64,000 bases of DNA from Paramoeba atlantica (GCA_977017575.1 CDRNVI010000028.1:1-64000); one strand, 5' to 3'; shown: positions 34,094 through 46,500, numbered from the stretch's first letter. Program-made: numbers and translations. The notes: generated by a model from the letters alone, not told the origin.

Positions 34094-35587
34094 TTACATT
34101 GCTAGTGGAGAGGACTTCATACTGCGATCCCTATTTTTGAATCGCGCAGGTGTACGAGCTGGGCTCACACTTTCTAGTTTTGCATCAACCGCTTTGGCAT
34201 CTGTTTCTGCACGAGCAAGCACCACTTTCTCCTGCAGGTCACTAATCTGCGCTTCTATTTCCGCCCTTTCGCTTGCCAACGCGCGCTTTGACTGAATGTA
34301 CTTTTGGTAAATAGTGAGAAGCTTTTCCTGTAACATTTCCATAGTTTGCGTCTTTTCTTCGATCAAGACCTCCTTGACGGAGTACTCATGCAACAATTTC
34401 AACTTCGCACGTTGAAACAACTCATACAGACTGATATCTACATCGTCATTTAGTTCTTCCACCTGGTCATCGGAGACGACCACGCTCGTACTTTGTCTAC
34501 TGAACGTGGACAGCTGCTTGTCGAGTCCTAACTCGCGCAACGCAAGCAACATATTCGACCAGCGACGAGTCAACACACGTAGACGTTGTTGCACAACACT
34601 CATCTTTTCGCGCTGCTTCTCGGCGATCTCCTTTTGTCGTTGCAGCTCTTGCTGCAACAAATAAACGTCTTCCTCTACGGCTTGAAACGCTACCACATCT
34701 CTGGAGCGCTCCAGATCTTGTAGAGCAGCATCAATTTGTGCATCCTCCGCTTTGACACTCTCTATTGCTTGACGTACCTTTTCACATTCTTTTTCCACAC
34801 CCACTATCTTGTTTCGAGTGAGGCCAACCTTTTCATACACTTCACGACGACGACTCAACTCCTGGCCAAGCGTCGTGATCAGCTCATCTTTTTTATGCAT
34901 CAATGTGCTGTGTGCCTTTCTCTCCGCCTCAAGCTGCGCCACGAGTTCCCGCATCGCCTGTACTTGTTCCATTTTTTGTTGAAACGAGACCGCGTGGGTT
35001 TCACTCCCATGGGTTGTGCTTGTTGTTGTTTTTGTTGTCGTCGCCGGTGCGCACCACCCCGTCCGTGTCTTCACCTTCTCCAGCGCCCGCCGTTTCCCCT
35101 CCAACCGCTCCCCCAGCCTCCTCTCCTGCAACGGGAGCCCGTGGCGCACCGCGTGCCGCAGGGCCTTGATCGAGCACGCCATTTGCTGCAGACGCAGCGC
35201 TCGACGTCGTAGCGCATCCGAGGCCAGCTCCTGGGGCATCCCGTGGTAGCGAAGAGAAGAAGAAGAAGAAATAGAAGAAATAGAAGAAGAAGAAAAGCCT
35301 TTTCTGTTTTCTTTACTTAACCCCAATCCAGGCGAAGACGTGGCTTCTGTTTTGCCCCCGATTGTATCGACACGGGACTCGAATTCCTCCAGCTGCTGGT
35401 TTTGAAGCGCGACGGTTTGCTGCAGGGCGTGGAGCTGGGTGAGGAGGGCGTGGTGGTGGTGGGTGAGTGCGGTGTGGGTTGGGGTGAGACGGGTTTCCAC
35501 GGGGAGGGTGAAGTCAGGAACGAGTTCATGGGTGGAGGGTTCGGGTTGAGGGGGAGGAGTGGAGGTTGCGGAGGGGGAAAGGCTCAT
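34094..35587 (-). CDS. Long coiled-coil protein
   Basis: 497 aa with extensive heptads. Preceded on the minus strand by a polypyrimidine tract. Confidence 0.8.
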   Translation of the reverse strand: MSLSPSATSTPPPQPEPSTHELVPDFTLPVETRLTPTHTALTHHHHALLTQLHALQQTVALQNQQLEEFESRVDTIGGKTEATSSPGLGLSKENRKGFSSSSISSISSSSSLRYHGMPQELASDALRRRALRLQQMACSIKALRHAVRHGLPLQERRLGERLEGKRRALEKVKTRTGWCAPATTTKTTTSTTHGSETHAVSFQQKMEQVQAMRELVAQLEAERKAHSTLMHKKDELITTLGQELSRRREVYEKVGLTRNKIVGVEKECEKVRQAIESVKAEDAQIDAALQDLERSRDVVAFQAVEEDVYLLQQELQRQKEIAEKQREKMSVVQQRLRVLTRRWSNMLLALRELGLDKQLSTFSRQSTSVVVSDDQVEELNDDVDISLYELFQRAKLKLLHEYSVKEVLIEEKTQTMEMLQEKLLTIYQKYIQSKRALASERAEIEAQISDLQEKVVLARAETDAKAVDAKLESVSPARTPARFKNRDRSMKSSPLAM

Positions 35588-36112
35588 GGGAAAGGGGGAG
35601 AAAAGGGAGGGGTTGGCGAAAATAGGTTTAAATCTTTTTTAAAATTTCCTTTTTTTGTGTGTTTTGGCGGGCTACTAGGGTGAGAGGTAGGATGGCATAG
35701 AGTTATGAGATCGCTCTTTTCAAGGTTGATTTTGTAAGAACGAAGAGGCATAATTTATGCCTTCGTTATAAATTATATAGAAATTTTCTTTATGATTTCT
35801 TTATGATACAGAAGGGATGAACGCCGTGTAAGTAAGGACAAAAATAAAATCAGAAGTCTTGTAGGAAAAGTTCAGGTGCGTAAAAATACAATGACCTGGC
35901 TTTTTCTTCGGAAGTTCAACTGAAAGTTCCTTAGCACTGTAAAACTACCATTGTAGAAGCTTTACAGTGTTCAGGAATGACAGGGCACTGTAAAAACATC
36001 TATTTTTAAAGAGACACTTGTATACACGCCGTGTAGTATGATTTAGCAGCATGTTTGGATCTGAAGCAGGACGTTTCGGTGTGACGTGCATGTTTCGGAT
36101 GTGATGTCTCTA

Positions 36113-36895
36113 TTACTTCCGAATAAAACATGGTACAGTGTGCCCCACAGCAGCCCCTTGGCCCACCGGAGGTAAAATTATCTTCGAAAACATGTTTCTT
36201 TCTACGTGCAATGCCAACCTGGCAGAGAGTGCGCGACAGTCTAACTCTCCCTCGAACCTGTTGTCAGAAAGATAGAGGTGTAGCATTAACGAAGGCAAAT
36301 TATCTAGTGAGGGATTCCCAGTAAGTTGATTCCCACGCAGATCTAATACGAGTAGCGAAGACGGGAGGGAAGTTAGGTTAATAGTCCCCTCAAATTTATT
36401 TTTTGAAAGCCAGAGAAAACTCAGTTTAGAGGGGAGAGTAGAAAGTTCGAGAGCACCTTCGAACGCGTTCGCTGTAAAGTCGGCACGTTCTAGCGCATTC
36501 GGAAGTGACGTGAGAGATATTCCTCCGCTAAGATTGTTTTCTCCAACAGAAATGTGCTCCAACTTCTCAGGGAGATAGGCGACTTCTAAGGAGCCTTCCA
36601 ACAGATTTTTGTATAAGAGGAGCTCGCGTACGGTGCTCGGAAGAAACGATAAAGAAAGGTTCCCGTGGAGTTTGCACCAGTTCCACCGAATTCGAACAAT
36701 AGTATGCTCCTCACAGTCTACCCCATTCCAGAGACATGGATGCTTATTTGAATCCCATATTAATTCTTCATTATGCGTATGCAAAGAGGCGACAAAACGC
36801 TGCATCATGAGCTCATAGCTCATTTCAGCTCCGCGAATCTTGCTAGCGCTATTTACCCGGTCGCGTACGTCAGCAAGGGAAACAAGCAATGTCAT
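36113..36895 (-). CDS. LRR family protein
   Basis: SKIRGAEMSYELMM, CLWNGVDC cap, about 7 LRRs. Confidence 0.9.
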   Translation of the reverse strand: MTLLVSLADVRDRVNSASKIRGAEMSYELMMQRFVASLHTHNEELIWDSNKHPCLWNGVDCEEHTIVRIRWNWCKLHGNLSLSFLPSTVRELLLYKNLLEGSLEVAYLPEKLEHISVGENNLSGGISLTSLPNALERADFTANAFEGALELSTLPSKLSFLWLSKNKFEGTINLTSLPSSLLVLDLRGNQLTGNPSLDNLPSLMLHLYLSDNRFEGELDCRALSARLALHVERNMFSKIILPPVGQGAAVGHTVPCFIRK

Positions 36896-37435
36896 GATTA
36901 AATTTTAATTAAAAGTGAAAAAGAAATCTCGAGTAACAATAAAGATCAAATAATCATATTTTGTACAAAACAAATTTGCCGGATGAATGAGAAGAATTTG
37001 TCCGTCATTTAATTACTTATTATGTATCATCATACATAATATTATCACAGCTGCGTATTTCCAGATTGAGCCCCAGCACATTATTTCGGAATATGCTATT
37101 GGGGATAAGTTTTCTGGATCAAGCTCTCCAGAAGGCATATTTAATCGGAGATATTAGAAAACTAGATAACCAGACAAAGAAACATACATGTAGAGCCGAA
37201 GACCATTCAAAACGATTTTGCACAAAACATGTAAACTCTGTAGGCGAATGTTCTAAGTCATTTTTTTCCACCATCTTGCTAAAAGAATTATTATGATTCT
37301 TTTTGCCGTTTATTTGAATTATACTTATTACTTTGTAAAGCCAACAACAAAAACAACAACAACAACAACCAAAAATAGCCATTTTTTATAACCCCTAACA
37401 CCTAGCCCCTCTTTGTAGATATTTATCAAGTAGAA

Positions 37436-38218
37436 TCAATCTACGATAGGATGCTGCGCTCCAACATATACGAAATTCGGTACGGGGTCTGGTGTTATTT
37501 GAGCCAGGCAGTTCCATGATAGATTCAACTCCAGAATATTGGGCGGCAAATTTACGAGTTGTACCGCTCCCCCGAATCGATTTCGGTCCAGTCGTATTTC
37601 TTGAATTCCGTGAGGCAAGGAGAGAAATTCTAACGGGCCACTGAGAAGATTTGAGCCCACATCCAGGCGGCGCAACGTTTTGGGAAGAGAGGCAATATTT
37701 AGCCCTCCACGAAATCGATTCCGCGCGAGTTGTAGCGATTCAAGTTGAGGGGGCAACAAACTAAGACACAATTCTCCTTCCATGCGGTTATGAAACAAAT
37801 TAAGTGTGCTCATCTCTGCGGGTAGTGAGCACAGCGAAATGGGACCTGAAAAAAGATTCGTAGAGAGCACAAGACGAAAGAGTGAAGGGGGGAGTTTATC
37901 AAGCCGTGCCGCACCTTCTATCTCGTTTTGCATCACATCCAGAAAAGTTAGGGTGTGGGGCAACAGGTCAAACCGCAGAACCCCTCGGAGACTCAAAAAA
38001 GACCAATCAATGCGCGTGACTTGACGATCTGTGTTACAGGTAATACCCAGCCAGGAACAGACTTCATTGTGTGCACTCCAGGATGGATGAGTTTGGGTGA
38101 GATTTTGAACGAGGAAATGTAAATTGTATTCTTGCGGGTGAGGCACGCCGCGCACCTTCCCTGGTTTGCTTTGTGAAGGATCCGCTGCCAGGACAGTGTT
38201 AAATATGCGAATCATCAT
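37436..38218 (-). CDS. LRR family protein
   Basis: AADPSQSKPGKVRGVPHPQEYNL, cap, about 7 LRRs. Confidence 0.9.
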   Translation of the reverse strand: MMIRIFNTVLAADPSQSKPGKVRGVPHPQEYNLHFLVQNLTQTHPSWSAHNEVCSWLGITCNTDRQVTRIDWSFLSLRGVLRFDLLPHTLTFLDVMQNEIEGAARLDKLPPSLFRLVLSTNLFSGPISLCSLPAEMSTLNLFHNRMEGELCLSLLPPQLESLQLARNRFRGGLNIASLPKTLRRLDVGSNLLSGPLEFLSLPHGIQEIRLDRNRFGGAVQLVNLPPNILELNLSWNCLAQITPDPVPNFVYVGAQHPIVD

Positions 38219-38704
38219 TACGTGAGCTCAAGAAAAAGAAATTTATGGTTAAAAATCAAAGTTCAAAATCACGTTGTATACAGTATGCTGCATGCGAGTG
38301 TTGCGTGCGAAATATAAAATGTGTTTTTCATTATTTTTTAATTTATTGTTTCCCCCCATACCCCCATGTGACAAAACAAGTCTAGTGGTAAGTAACAAAT
38401 ACTAATCCTAGCCATATGCCAATGTGTATTTTCTTTGGAATTATAGCAAGAAGTTTAAAGTCGTAGAAAAATTTACATTGGCTTTATTTCACATCAGGAA
38501 GCAATCACCGCTAATTTCCGCAGACTTCAGCTTATGAGTAAGTAGAAAAGTACTACCCACAATGATACTTGGTGGAAGCTTACTTGGATCATAAATTCCA
38601 AGGTCTTAATTATAGTCCAGATAAAGAATTGAGAGACGTTGCGGAAGAACATCGAAATGTAAAGTGCGCCGGAGTTTATTCCTAGTGAAATGCGGCCCGG
38701 TTTA

Positions 38705-39052
38705 GCATACCTGTGACCTCGTATCATACCGGGGGGGATATGGTATCATTACCCAGGGTCGATAGCATACCCCCCCTGGTTTTTCAGGCAGAAAAAATGT
38801 GATATCGACTTCTTGTTCGAGGTGGCCCATGTAGATTCTAACCCTACAGAGCGTTATTCGTTTTTCTTCACTATTTATCGCGTTTTTTCACTTCTATGAT
38901 TTTTACTGGTGAACATCCACTGGTAACTTTTGCTGTTAATCACTGTTTTAAAATTTTAGCCAAACAACTTACCGTACCTGTGACCTGCTACCATACCTGT
39001 GACCTGCTACCATACCTGTGACCTCGTGCCATACCGGGGGGGCATGCTAAAC
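38705..39052. repeat. Dispersed repeat with 19-bp tandem catacctgtgacctgctac
   Basis: Three tandem units at ~38977-39035 ending ataccggggggg. Inverted relative at ~63438-63540, trace at ~28990-29040. Confidence 0.6.
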
Positions 39053-39099
39053 CGGACCCCCGTTTAAGTTTGATGTTCATGCGCTCGTTGGCGCATATA

Positions 39100-39834
39100 C
39101 AGGGGGGGCCACGAAAACTGACTAGCTTCGCATTTTAGCCTCGTGAGGCCGTTTGAGCTAATTTTTGTTGCAAACGAGAGAACTCGTTCTGAATATCGTG
39201 TCTACGCTATTTAGAACTCGTTTGTATAAACCTGATATTTTGCATTTCGAAAATACTGAAATTTAAGACGATTTATTTTGCAAAAAGCATAAAAAATAGT
39301 AAAAAAGTTGGTTTTCTCTTCTTTTTTCTTCACTATGGGCAAGCGGCATAGATTAAACCGTCGCCAATTGTCCCCAGAGCAGTCTTCGTATTCCATACGC
39401 ATTGTTTGCGCACACGAAAGACATCGTGGTACAAGTATTGAAGACACGGCACGAATGATGAACTGTTCTGAGAGCTCTGTCTATCGGTACAAGGCACGTT
39501 TTGATGAGTCAGGTGAAGTGGCACGTGCGAGCTACTCGCGCGATAATGCCGTTGATACGGAGGAATTCCGTGCTATGCTCTGTACCCTTGTTGATGATGA
39601 GAAAGACACGCCATTCGGGTGTCCGGGGTTTAAATGGGTACACAAGAGAGTGGACAAGACAATTTATCCTTGTAGTCTGAACACCGTAAAACGGAGTTTG
39701 AAAAGGATGGGATACGTCATTAAGACTATGTCACACAAACCTTTCTTAACTGCTGAGCACAAGCAACAAAAATTAGCTCAAACGGCCTCACGAGGCTAAA
39801 ATGCGAAGCTAGTCAGTTTTCGTGGCCCCCCCTG
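39100..39834 (+). mobile_element. Internally deleted Tc1/mariner element with perfect 72-bp TIRs
   Basis: TA on both sides. 39100-39171 is the exact reverse complement of 39763-39834. ORF 39308..39799 encodes a bipartite HTH region ending at KPFLTAEHKQQ and running into the TIR, with no DDE domain. Confidence 0.92.
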
Positions 39835-39839
39835 TATAC

Positions 39840-39985
39840 AGCCCTTGATGCGATAGCCGATATCATCGGCGCACTCCGCGACGACGGATGTCGCACCAAG
39901 GACCCGACTAGCGACTACACGTGTGGAAGATGTGCACTAACCCTTCCAAGGGTATTTGTCTTTGTGTCAGAGCAATACAAAATGC
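39840..39985 (-). pseudogene. LRR family N-terminal remnant
   Basis: LYCSDTKTNTLGRVSAHLPHV*. Ends next to the Tc1 element. Confidence 0.55.
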
Positions 39986-40188
39986 GTTTGCAACTCATCC
40001 TTTCGTACAGAAAAGTTCATCTACATTTGTGCATTGTACTGAGATAAGACACGGAAGGCAGAGCAATGAAATACTAATAAATCACGCTAAAGAAAATATG
40101 CCATACCCCCTCGTTTACGAGTTTTTGGATTTACTTGGTAAACGAACGGAAAACAACTGATTCATTGATATGGACAAATGGCCGAAAT

Positions 40189-40620
40189 CTAAGGTCCCGA
40201 AAAACCCATGTCCGGAGGCAATCCAGTGTCATTTTTCCATTTCCGGAGGCAATCCAGTGTCAGTGGTAGTACCACTAGAGGAACCTCACCAGCAAGATCG
40301 TGATTTTCAAAAGGCCCCAAATAGACTAGGGCAGAAAGCAAATGCTCCCACCTTGGGAGTCCCCGTAAGCCGATCCCAGTACCCATTCCATAACCAAATT
40401 CAGAGTGTAATGCATCTGCCATATTGCTCCAATTGATAGTTTTCTCATTTCTTTCTTCCTCCCAGTCTACTCCATACTACCTACATGTCTACTCCTACAT
40501 GTCTACCACTACATCCTATTAAAAGTGTCTATCCGCGGTAAAGAGATATTTTGGATAAATAGGATTAGCGAGCATTTGGGTGGAAGATGTGCACTAACCC
40601 TTCCAAGGCGGCTTGCACAG
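40189..40620 (-). pseudogene. LRR family pseudogene
   Basis: SRLGRVSAHLPPKCSLILFIQN, a stop, then INWSNM...GLRGLPRWEHLLSALVYL...DLAGEVPLVVLP. Confidence 0.65.
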
Positions 40621-40799
40621 TAAATTTTTCCCCAAAAAAGGGGCAAAAAAATTGCACCTTAAACTTGACAGTGGTTTAGTAAACAATGGAAATTTGTGAG
40701 GTTAACGTACATGTGAGGATTTCGTAAAAAACGAATTTAGAGGGAACTGTAGGGCAAATGAATCATCACAATAAAAAGATGAACATGAAATAAGCAGCA

Positions 40800-41447
40800 T
40801 TACATCACGCGGCACATTCGTCGCTGCTCTATTTTTGTACTTCGAATACTAAACATGTTCATTGAGAAAAGCTTGGGAGGCAATTTTTCTGGATCGTAGA
40901 CTCCGCGCAAATTCATGTTAAAACTTAAAGACAGTTCCTCAAGACCGCTCGGTAGATTCCCAAGACCAACAACATTTCGAAACAAATTATGAGTAAGTGC
41001 AATCTTTCGCATTGCTCGGGGTACAAGAGTGAAATCGAGTGTCCCGTGTAAGTTGTTCGCAGAAAGACGCAACACTTCCAGTTCTGTTGGCAACAAATCA
41101 AGTGGGAGTTCACCAGACAGGCAATTATTATACATGAGAAGTGATGTGAGCGTAGGAGGCAAGTGTTCCCATTGCAGAGGCCCCTTCAAACCTTTTGCAG
41201 CGACCCCACACTGTTCCCCCATACTTGCCCATTTAATCGCAGTCACATAATGATCGGCATCGCAAGTCACCCCATACCACTTGCAAGCTGCTATGTCAGT
41301 GGAGTTGAAATTTTCAATCAATACTGGCTTCATTTTTTCTAAAACTTTGACGAGAGCAAATTCCTGGGGAAGGGCCGCACCCACCCTTCCAAGTCGACAA
41401 GGTGTAACGTCAGAGCTATGCAGAGATGCCAAATATACTAAATACAT
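40800..41447 (-). CDS. LRR family protein
   Basis: RLGRVGAALPQEFAL, ACKWYGVTC cap, 4 LRRs. Confidence 0.85.
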   Translation of the reverse strand: MYLVYLASLHSSDVTPCRLGRVGAALPQEFALVKVLEKMKPVLIENFNSTDIAACKWYGVTCDADHYVTAIKWASMGEQCGVAAKGLKGPLQWEHLPPTLTSLLMYNNCLSGELPLDLLPTELEVLRLSANNLHGTLDFTLVPRAMRKIALTHNLFRNVVGLGNLPSGLEELSLSFNMNLRGVYDPEKLPPKLFSMNMFSIRSTKIEQRRMCRVM

Positions 41448-41670
41448 TTTCGTAAGATAGTAAGTAAAGGAGCGAGAGAATGTGAATTGGCGTTCTGCAG
41501 TGATAAACTCATTTTATTTTGTTGATTCAAACTTGACTTAAAGTCCCATGTTGCCGTTATAGTATTTGATAACAATAATAATATTTGCGGCGGTTGTATA
41601 ACTACCGCTCTACCCTCGATTATTGAAAATAAGGTGAATAAAAACAGTGAAAACAAGAGGAAAAATGAAT

Positions 41671-42537
41671 AAGTGACCCACCCTTATTTTTCGCACAGAG
41701 GCGCGTAGGGGGGTTACGGCACCACATTATCAAAATTTTGAGATCTATACGTTCCCGCTATTTTAAGCTCTGTGTGCTCTATGTGCCAAGGCCTCACTGA
41801 ATTACAAAAAATAAAAAGAGTAAACTTTGCAAAAATTTACAGTATGGATACATCTCGTGTTGTATTTACAGACGAAAAAACATTTGAAACGAATGATAGC
41901 CGAAAGAATGTGTGGGTAGCACCCGGTCAAAAAGCAGCCCCGCGTCAAAAATTACGCTGGGCGCCAAGATGTCAAGTTTGAGGTGCCACAGGAGTAGGGT
42001 GGAGACACTTGGTTATTCTGGATTCTGACTCGTCTATCACGAGTATGTCCTGCATAGAGACGCTCAAAAAGGTAACATTCCCCATGAATTGTATTTTTCA
42101 ACAAGATGGGGCCACGGCACACATCGCCCACGCCTCTAAGGACTACATTACAAGTAGAATGAAAGATGTATTAAAAAATTGGCCCCCAATTCACCAGACC
42201 TTTCCCCCATAGAAAACGTCTGGTCTATGGTTCAAGAGGCAGTAGACGAACAAACGCGATCGGACAAACCTTCACTTATCCGATGTGTACGTAAAGCATG
42301 GTCTTCTTTGCCTCAAAAAGTGATCGACAAAACGGTCTTAAGCTTTGACTCGCCTTAAGCAGTGTATAAAATTGAACGGCGAAAAAGTGAAAAAATGGTA
42401 ATCTCTCTCTAAATTATACTTATTCGCTTCTTTTAGTTTCATTCCTTCTCGCGCAAAGTCTTTGTGTTGAGATCTGCAAAATGCAACAAAAATCAGCTCA
42501 AACGGACACTTGTACGAAAAAAAGGGGTGGGTCACTT
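41671..42537 (+). mobile_element. Degenerate Tc1 element nested in repeat family A
   Basis: TIR aagtgacccaccc..tttttcg(c/t)aca at both ends. VVFTDEK and FQQDGA fragments. Same family as 46610-47558, with a further left end at ~44891-45000. Confidence 0.8.
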
Positions 42538-42614
42538 TTTCTTGGGGGGTTTTATAATAGAAAAAATATAGGGGCTCCGGTGGTCCAAAATTGAAAAAAA
42601 ATTGAAAAAAATGT

Positions 42615-43001
42615 CTAGGGAGGGGGGTCTAGGGGGGGGCATACGTAGTTTTTTGAAAATTTCAAAATCGTGCGCAGGGAAGTGATAGAGTATGCCGCGG
42701 CGATGATTTTCCACCCCCCCACCTGGGGGTACCCCCCGGTACGCGTCGGAGGGGTCCGACAAACTTCACCGCGTTCGATGTTACAAGCTACTTGGCCATA
42801 TGCTACAAGACCCTCCCCATCACTCCACTCATCTTCACCAATAAGAGAGTTATCGCTTGAATCTACCAAGAAATCACTCAAAGTCCAATCGGGGTCATCA
42901 CCAAGTGAGGATGGTGTTGATACGCTCAGATTTGAGATTGAGCTAGCATCAGAGCGAAGGGAAGTACAGTAACTTGACTCCTCGTCCAATTGCAATGACA
43001 T
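42615..43001 (-). pseudogene. Acidic ORF remnant inside repeat family A
   Basis: GDDPDW...EDEWSDGEGLVAY, homologous to 12753..13514. Confidence 0.4.
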
Positions 43002-43119
43002 GTTCCAAGAAACTTTTTTACTTTCTTAGAAAGTAAAGGAAAAAACGAAAATTGGAAACTCTACAACAAAACACGTTTTGCGTTTGATAGTATCAAATTC
43101 TTACTCTATCGGATGTTTC

Positions 43120-43560
43120 GGGGAAAGTAAAGGAAAATTCGCTTTTTTATGACTTTTTAGCTTGACAATTTTCTTTTCAACAAAAAGACATTATCTACGT
43201 AGGGGGTCATTTTACACCTTTTCCGTTATTTTCCATGGTATGCCAGGGGTGTCGGGGGTTTGCTTGTCGAAAAAAGTTCACCCTCAGCCGCATATCACGC
43301 TGGACCGAAGCACAGTGCGAGCAGTGGCTTCGAAGCCACGGGCTTGTCGCGAGAAGGGTTGTCTGTGGAAAACGGACACACTCATCACCAAAAGAAATGG
43401 AATTAGAGGGTAGTGCGTGGCACTGTACTAAGAAATGCAAGGGTAGATACGGTGCCATGGGGCCTCTTTTGACTGGGAAGGCGAAAAAAAGTGCAAGACA
43501 AACTCTGCACTTCATCCTGCTGTACTCTCGTGGCGAAGCTCACGCGGGTTTTCACCCGAA
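43120..43560 (+). mobile_element. Merlin left end plus N-terminal transposase fragment
   Basis: ggggaaagtaaaggaaaattcgcttttt resembles the 6751 TIR. WTEAQCEQWLRSHGL...WHCTKKCKGR..MGPLL. Confidence 0.65.
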
Positions 43561-44019
43561 AAAATTGTTTATCCATGATGCTTTTTTTTTAGTGGCTTCG
43601 TTAAACGCGGAGGTAGTTTTCAACGCGAAGCGCGCAGCACGAGTGACTTCTAAGAGGGTTGAAACCTATGAAAGGCAAAACCTGGCAAAACCTGCTTATT
43701 CCTGATTGACGTGGCGAAGAAAAGTACTTTGTCAAAAATAGTGAAGAACATACTTGGTCTCCATCGTGCGCTGCAAAACATTTTTGCGCCACAAAAAATG
43801 AAAATTTTGAAAAAAATATTTTTCGAAATAAACCCCCAGAAAGGGTAGCCGAGGTCTTGGTGCACATTTTTCACCCCCGTACTCGGGGACGACTCCCCCT
43901 GGTATCAACAGGACGGGGCCGCCAAGTTCGGTTTTTTCTGAAAAGAAAATTGAAAAAAAGTCAACTTGGCGAAAAATATGGCTTTAAAATACTTTATGTA
44001 TTCTTTTTCAATTGCCGTC

Positions 44020-44540
44020 ACGACCATGATGTCATACACGTTGACGGCATGGGGCATGAATCTCATTATAAGACTCGTAATCATTATCAGCAACATCGTA
44101 AGCACTGCGATCTTCGAATTGATAAGGAGAAAATTGACGCTGTTCAAATGGCTATGTCGTGTGAAAGGGAAGCCGAACTTTACGCAACACGAATAGTACC
44201 CAGAATGCATGCTCTCATGAGCACTCCTTCTCAGCAATTTCATACTTTTGTTCGGTCGCTCCTGGAGCAATGGCCTCCAAATGTCACCATCGAACAGTTT
44301 CTAGCCTTTATCCACAAAAAGACCGGAAAACTTCAAGAATGTGAATCTGTTCTCGCGGATGAGCTATGGGAGATTCTCAAGTCGGACATCGATAAGTATG
44401 CATACGTTGGGGCTGCCGTTGACACTCGTATTGATCGGATGAAGGGAGAACATATCCTATTATGTGTGGTATACAGTCCAGCCGCATGTCGGCCCTGTGG
44501 AATATGTATGCTGACCGATTTTTTTTGCGTGGAAACTTGA
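44020..44540 (+). pseudogene. Possible hAT-like transposase remnant
   Basis: His/Cys-rich N-part and AAVDTRIDRMKGEHILLCVVYSP, resembling the first-Asp region (D.WTD...LVYSP) of DUF659-type hATs. Confidence 0.3.
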
Positions 44541-46381
44541 GGTGAAAATGAGATGAAAAGAATGACTCATAGCTCGAAAACGCAGCATAAACCACCTGTA
44601 ACAGGTGCAGTACGTCTTTGCTTGGAAACCCAAGCGTGGGGGTCAATCACGCTTGAGAAGTTACGCCTCCTAACAACGCATTGTACTAACACAGGAAACG
44701 ATATGTCAGCGAGGCGTTTTACTGTAACGTACTACGTACTCCTGACATACTGAACTCGTTGCATTGCGTACGAATCATGGAAAATGTAAAAGTTGCGGGT
44801 AAAGTCTTCACCCGTAAGTTTTACTAAGATCTGTGCGTAAACGACCAAGGGAGCCCTGGCCACCAAACAAAGAAAGCCCTGGCCACCAATAAGGCACCCC
44901 CTTATTTTTTGCATGAGGGGGGATGGTAGGGTTATCATAACACGTTTTCGTTCACAATTTTGAGATCTGTACGTTCCCGCGGTTTTCAGCTCATAAAAAA
45001 GAAAAGAATAAAAAAATATTGGGTAATATGCAGTCAAACTGTACCCTAAATTTCAATTTTTTTTCAATTTCTTTAAAAATTTAAACGAAAAAGGCTTTTC
45101 TTGATAGCTTTGAGTCATTTACACCCACTTTTTGGCTTTGTTTACGTCTTTTACTTTTACTTTTGTTATTATGGACATCTCAGGGTGCAGCACTTTTGCA
45201 TGTATGACGATAGTGATGTCAATTTTGCAAATATAGTTGGAGAACCTTGCCGTTTGTCTAACGAACCACTCTTTCGGAGCCGATGCGCCATAACCTAGCT
45301 GCGGAGAGAAACCTAGAAATAAGCAATGTTTCGAATTGCGGTTCGAAGTGCCGCCCAAAAATTCCGGAGCTCGGTCTTCCTCTTCAGAAGGTCTATCTAA
45401 CTTGTTAACGAGGTGGAAACCATCGGCAAATTGTCTTATTTATGTCGAATTGCACCTTGTAAGAACCTAAAAACAAGAAACCAAGTCGCCTCTGATGCAA
45501 ATATGCTTTTGTGAAAAAATATTTTTTTAGGGTACATTTTGACTGCAGTTGACCCAAAATACATTACCACTTTAACATTAGGGTCGATTTATGAAAAAAT
45601 CATCCCGCAGACTTCCAAAAGGCGGTCTCAGCCCCCTGGGAAAGGAACGCATGCAATTAAGGTTTCAAGACGGCACGGGAATTCAACACGAGAATTGAAT
45701 ATACGCGGGAAAACACATTCGAAATACCTCCGTGATCCCCTCAAAGTTGAGGTGAAAAAAGTCTAAAAAAATCCCCTTAAAAACAAAGCCTCGTAAAAAA
45801 AGGGAAAAGTAGTACTTTTCCCTTTGTTAGAAATTTCCCCTCGTCAGTTTCGTTTCGGGCATCTGTTTCGGTTTTAAAATGAAGAAAAATTAAGAAAAAA
45901 AGGGATAAAAACACATTTGCATATGACTAGGATGGGTCAAAGGGCTTAAAAGCACCTTGAAATACGAAGTAAAAAAATATAGTTTTTTATAGTTTTTGAA
46001 AAAAGTTTATAGTAACTATATAGTACTATATTGATAGTTTTATAGTTTCTGCGAACCCTGAAAAATACCATTATTTCCAAGAAGGATGCGGCAGGGGTGA
46101 CAAAGTGCAACAGTTCGAAGCGTATTTCTGTTGTTTTGTGAAAAAGGGGTGTTACTGCATGTCATCGAACTGTTCGTCGAGATATGAGGCAGACAGGGCA
46201 CCAATATAGGCGACGCACATTTTCACTAGGGCTTACCGCTGTACAAAAAACGCGTACACTTTTCTTTAAATTACAAAGAGATCACATCGAAATTAATATT
46301 CTTAGATGAAGAGGTGTTTGCTACAAACGATAATAAACTGTGTTCCGGGTTATTGTGCCCCCCCCCCCGGGACAATAACTA

Positions 46382-46500
46382 CTGTACCCCCCTAGTTATC
46401 TGTTGCTACTTTTCTAGAAAAGGTGACAGATAAGTAGGGGGCGTAGGGGTGTGACCGATAACTAGGAGGGGTCAAAGTGCGACAGATATCTAGGGGGGTC
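46382..46500. mobile_element. TA-type element left end
   Basis: TA|ctgtacccccctagttatctgt followed by three inverted subterminal copies (acagataagtaggggg etc.). Confidence 0.5.
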
